Shown here piece by piece: positions 60,362 through 64,000 of a stretch of 64,000 nt of DNA. Both the position numbers and the translations under genes were made by a program. Below the pieces are notes generated by a model. That model ran no database searches and was not told where the DNA came from. It saw only the letters and a list, made by a program, of their open reading frames with translations. How positions within the stretch are numbered: the first letter of the stretch is position 1; each line of letters opens with the position of its first letter. The stretch is from an uncultured Acidobacteriota bacterium (GTDB lineage Bacteria > Acidobacteriota > Terriglobia > UBA7540): assembly GCA_963804995.1 (NCBI GenBank), contig CAWDSK010000006.1, forward strand, positions 1,088,001 through 1,152,000, given 5' to 3'.

Positions 60362-61705
60362 TCACGCCTTCTTGGTTTCTTTCCCAACATCCGTTGGGGG
60401 CTGAGCCTGCGGCCAGAAAATCTTCTGGCCAGTCTCCACCGCCCGGTTCCCGTAAATCACTCCCTGTGCATCTCCCACGCCGAGCTGGAACGGCACGATG
60501 ACAGGTTTTCCATCCCGCACGCTGACCATGAAATTGTGCATCTCACTCCACCAGGGGTCGTGGGGCTCCTCATATTCGTAGATTCCCATCGACGCCAGCC
60601 AGTGTTTCGCGTAGCGCATTTCGCGGTCCACGAAGCCGAGATCCCCCATGGTCCCCCGCTCCGGGAAAATGGGAATGCCTGCTTGCGCGGCCTGTTCGCT
60701 GACCGTCGCCCCCGCCCACCAGTTCTCCTTGGCGCCGGGCTGGGAAACCTTGGCCACCGGCTCGCGAAAGTAAATGCCTTTGCCCAAGGTGATGATCAGC
60801 GTCCCCTGGTCACCCATGATTTCTTCCTGGAATTTGCCGTGGCCGTTGCAGAGAAGGTTGGTCCAGACCAGCTTCCTGCCGCCGGGATACTCGAAGATGG
60901 CCTGCACGTTGTCGTAAGTTTCGCGGCCATCTTTCCAGTAATCGATTCCCCCTGTAGCCATCACGGAAAGGGGATGCGCGTCGAACACCCAGTTGGCCAC
61001 GTCGATCTGGTGCGCCGCCAACTCCGCCATAACTCCGCCGGAGTATTGCTTGTACATCCGCCAATTGAGCAGCCGTTCGAATTTGGGGTCGGGAACCGGC
61101 CGCCGCCAGTTGGTGTGCGAGTGCCATTGCGCGCGCACCATCATGACTTTGCCGAGCGCCCCTTTGCGAATCATCTCGATCGCCACTTGATAGAGCAGGC
61201 TTGACCGCCGCTGCAGACCCACCTGGAGTAACAGTTGGGGATGATCCGCCAGCGCCTTCTCGATCATTCCCTGCTCGTCTTCCTTGAAGTACATGGTCTT
61301 CTCGACGAAGACATGTTTGCCGGCAGCGAGAGCGTCCACCACCATTTGGGCATGGAGGTGTAGTGGCGTGGCAATCACCACAGCGTCCATGTCTTTCCGC
61401 TCCAGCATTTTATGGAAATTGTCGTAGGTTTGGGGATTGGAGCCGATCGTCTCAACCCCCTTTTTGAGGTTGGGCGGATAGATGTCGCAAGTGGCGATGC
61501 AGTTCCCCTCGGGGACGGTCGCCAAAAACTTAAGCAGCGTGCAACCCTCCGTGCCCGTGCCGACGATTCCGTAGCGCACGACGTTCGACGAACTCTGGGC
61601 GGAGAGAATAGCAGGTGCGCCCACACCGGGCAGGGCGGTAGCGGCTGCAACGCTGGCGGCGGTTTTTAAGAACTCACGTTGAGTAACCTCTGGCACTTGC
61701 TCCAT
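60362..61705 (-). CDS. Gfo/Idh/MocA family oxidoreductase with Tat-like signal
   Basis: TQREFLK leader; DAVVIATPLHLH, GKHVFVEK, NWRMY..SGG, HQID. Confidence 0.92.
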   Translation of the reverse strand: MEQVPEVTQREFLKTAASVAAATALPGVGAPAILSAQSSSNVVRYGIVGTGTEGCTLLKFLATVPEGNCIATCDIYPPNLKKGVETIGSNPQTYDNFHKMLERKDMDAVVIATPLHLHAQMVVDALAAGKHVFVEKTMYFKEDEQGMIEKALADHPQLLLQVGLQRRSSLLYQVAIEMIRKGALGKVMMVRAQWHSHTNWRRPVPDPKFERLLNWRMYKQYSGGVMAELAAHQIDVANWVFDAHPLSVMATGGIDYWKDGRETYDNVQAIFEYPGGRKLVWTNLLCNGHGKFQEEIMGDQGTLIITLGKGIYFREPVAKVSQPGAKENWWAGATVSEQAAQAGIPIFPERGTMGDLGFVDREMRYAKHWLASMGIYEYEEPHDPWWSEMHNFMVSVRDGKPVIVPFQLGVGDAQGVIYGNRAVETGQKIFWPQAQPPTDVGKETKKA

Positions 61706-62369
61706 CTAACAACTCCTGAAAGACACTTCATAATTGGCGGTTTGGCGTGGAATTTGCCTCAAACCACCATAACCGTTGAAAAGAACAGCACTTTAGTCAC
61801 CAAATTTGACCTTCGACAATTCCGTAATCCGCCCAATATTACCCGGCCATTCAAAATTTCACTGCTCGAAGTATGATTTGAAAGACCTTCTGTCCCAGGG
61901 CGATATTGTTCTGCCTGAGTTGAAACCACTGGATCAAGCATCGCACCTTGTTTCCTTTGGGCTTCACGAAAGTGCTGCCCATTTAATGGCTCATCCTATT
62001 GAAATGATTTGGCATGCCGGCATTCCCTGCACAGCATTTTCGCACCTCCCTGGGGTATTTCGAGATCGGGGCCGCGACTTGAAGCCCGACCTAACTATTT
62101 TCAGCACTCCAGGGGACTTTCGACTCAAAAGTGGGGTACTCGGACGAGGGCCAATGCAGCAATTGCGCCATCCAACGCTTGCAGTTAGGGGTGTTGAAGG
62201 TCCTCCCGGTTCCCGCCAGACTCTCGCGTTGGGCCTGATTCACGCCGCCCCTCTTCCCCTCAACCACAACCTTCTCCCCCCCCATATCAGGCCGGGTTTC
62301 TCACCACGAGTCTGGAAGGGCGGGGCTTCAGACGCCGCTGACCAACAGGACTTCACCCATCCGAGCATT

Positions 62370-62585
62370 AGTGGGTCAATTTGATGCTGTAGTGGCGAGT
62401 TTACCTCGCGACACGGCAGCCGGTAGCGCGACCTGTTCATGAAGGTCCGCGGCTTTTCGTTGTCATGGGGGAAGAACCGCGGACCTACAAAACAGGTCCG
62501 CGCTACACGTCTTCCTCCGCGCCCTGCCAATTTACCGTCTGGACCGAAGGCGGAAGGCGGTAGCTGCTGCTACCGCACTCCAAGG
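62370..62585. repeat. Composite REP element (TIR-like end, GTAG REP, inverted copy of 44700-44862)
   Basis: GTAGTGGCGAGTTTACCTCGC, then GTAGCGCGACC...GGTCCGCGCTAC, then GGTAGCTGCTGCTACCGCACTCC. Confidence 0.8.
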
Positions 62586-62634
62586 CACCTACCCATTCAA
62601 ATCCTGCATCTGGGTTATACTGGACCGAGAGGAC

Positions 62635-64000
62635 ATGGCAACGTCATTGAAGATCTTGGGTTCTATTCTGCGTCTTGCCCTTCTGGCCGCCCCGCTTATT
62701 CTCCAAGCGCCCTGGCTCTTTGCGCAGACACTCCCCGCGCCGCCGGACGATGTTGCCCGGCAGTCTCTGAAGTTCACGACCCTTTACGGCCTCATCGAAC
62801 AGCATTATGTGGAGCCTGTGGATCCCGACCACCTCATTTTCGACGGGGGCATCCGCGGCATGCTGGCGACGCTTGACCCCTTCACCTCCTTCCTGGACCG
62901 CGACCAATTTGAGCTTCTGAAGCAGCAGGCGCGTGGCGAGGCACTGGGTTTCGGTTCGGTCCTCTATGTCACGGTGGGCAAGGTATTGATTTTGCAGACG
63001 ACCCCCGGTTCCCCTTCCGGGCGGGCTGGCCTGGGCCCTGGGGACGAGATTGTCGCGATCAATGGGGAGCGACTCGGCCTCCTGGATATGCAATCCTTGA
63101 TCGAACTCCTACAGCGCTCGCGCTCTCGTCCCGTACGCCTGGCGGTGATTCATCCCGGCAGGCTCGTGCCGGAGGACTTTGACCTGAACCCGGCACAGGT
63201 TGCCCTGCCCAGCGTGGATAAGAGCTTCCTTTGGTCGCCGGGAATCGCCTACGTGCACGCCACGAGCTTCGAGGAAAAGACTCCGCAGGAGGTGGCCGCC
63301 GCGCTCGATCGGATGGACGCCCCGCACTTGCAGGGCCTGCTTCTCGACCTGCGCGACAACCACGGAGGCATGGTGGACGCCGCGGTGGGTGTGGCAAGCC
63401 TTTTCCTCAAGCTGAATGACTTGGTTCTGACCACGCGCGGGCGCGCCACGCCGGAGAAGGTTTACCGCACCTCGAAACTGCCCCGCCACTATGACCTTCC
63501 GATCATCGTGCTCGTTAACGGCAATACGGCGAGCGCCGCTGAGGTGTTGGCCGCCGGGCTGCAAGAACACGATCGCGCCGTCATTGCGGGCGAGCCGACG
63601 TACGGCAAAGGCGTCGTGCAAGCGGTCACGGAACTCAGCGAGCACACGGGCCTGGCGCTCACCAGCGGCCAATACTTCACGCCCAGCGGACGGTCCATCC
63701 AACGGCCAATGCCCGGCACCGCGCTGACCTTTGCTTCGCTTGACCAGCCCGCCCTGCCCAAGCAGAAGACGCCGAATAACGCGGCAAGCGCGAGTCCCCC
63801 TGCCGCCGCTCCCACTTTTCATACCGGCGATGGCCGCCCCGTCACCCCCGGTGGCGGCATCACCCCGGACGTAGCCATCACCAAGCCCCCCCTCGACCCC
63901 TGGCTTGCCTTCGTCCTCCAGCGCGGCTACATGACGAGTTACGCCGAGTCGTATTTGACCACCCGCGGTAAAGTGGAGGAGTCTTTCGAGCTACCGCCCG
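62635..64000 (+). CDS. S41 family carboxyl-terminal protease (PDZ plus peptidase), runs off the window end
   Basis: Own translation from ATG 62635: signal peptide, GMLATLDPF, LDLRDNHGG, TASAAEV, TYGKGVVQ, GGITPD. Confidence 0.92.
   Translation, partial: MATSLKILGSILRLALLAAPLILQAPWLFAQTLPAPPDDVARQSLKFTTLYGLIEQHYVEPVDPDHLIFDGGIRGMLATLDPFTSFLDRDQFELLKQQARGEALGFGSVLYVTVGKVLILQTTPGSPSGRAGLGPGDEIVAINGERLGLLDMQSLIELLQRSRSRPVRLAVIHPGRLVPEDFDLNPAQVALPSVDKSFLWSPGIAYVHATSFEEKTPQEVAAALDRMDAPHLQGLLLDLRDNHGGMVDAAVGVASLFLKLNDLVLTTRGRATPEKVYRTSKLPRHYDLPIIVLVNGNTASAAEVLAAGLQEHDRAVIAGEPTYGKGVVQAVTELSEHTGLALTSGQYFTPSGRSIQRPMPGTALTFASLDQPALPKQKTPNNAASASPPAAAPTFHTGDGRPVTPGGGITPDVAITKPPLDPWLAFVLQRGYMTSYAESYLTTRGKVEESFELPP

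Noticed and set aside
61806..62384. 192-aa plus-strand ORF
   Set aside because: TTG start without an RBS, atypical composition, and it runs into repeat modules.

Overview
GC-rich bacterial chromosomal segment. The gene content (Oar-like TonB-dependent receptors, Tat-exported sugar enzymes, ECF sigma/anti-sigma pairs) suggests Acidobacteriota, which is an inference only. It holds about 45 CDS, mostly catabolic, transport and envelope-stress genes. These include tandem M28 peptidases, an SDR/RidA/D-amino-acid PLP cluster, APC permeases, a non-canonical EF-P, galE, a GAF-PP2C phosphatase, DUF1080 with two TIM-barrel sugar enzymes, two ECF loci, an ABC exporter, ApbE, two toxin-antitoxin pairs and an S41 protease. 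Three IS elements (ISKra4, IS4, IS1634 families) have definable ends and target duplications. No rRNA, tRNA or CRISPR array was seen. The most unusual signals are non-coding: (i) about 12 loci of tandem arrays with unrelated sequences but a common 7-bp period at gene ends; (ii) a modular set of REP-like palindromes shuffled inside different IS-type terminal repeats, one family bracketing a VapBC module; (iii) promoter-driven ORF-less candidate RNAs at 26.9-27.3, 29.6-29.7 and 38.1-38.55 kb; (iv) a 130-bp element repeated between convergent genes; (v) five frameshifts at or beside TCGA, suggesting methylation-linked sequencing error.
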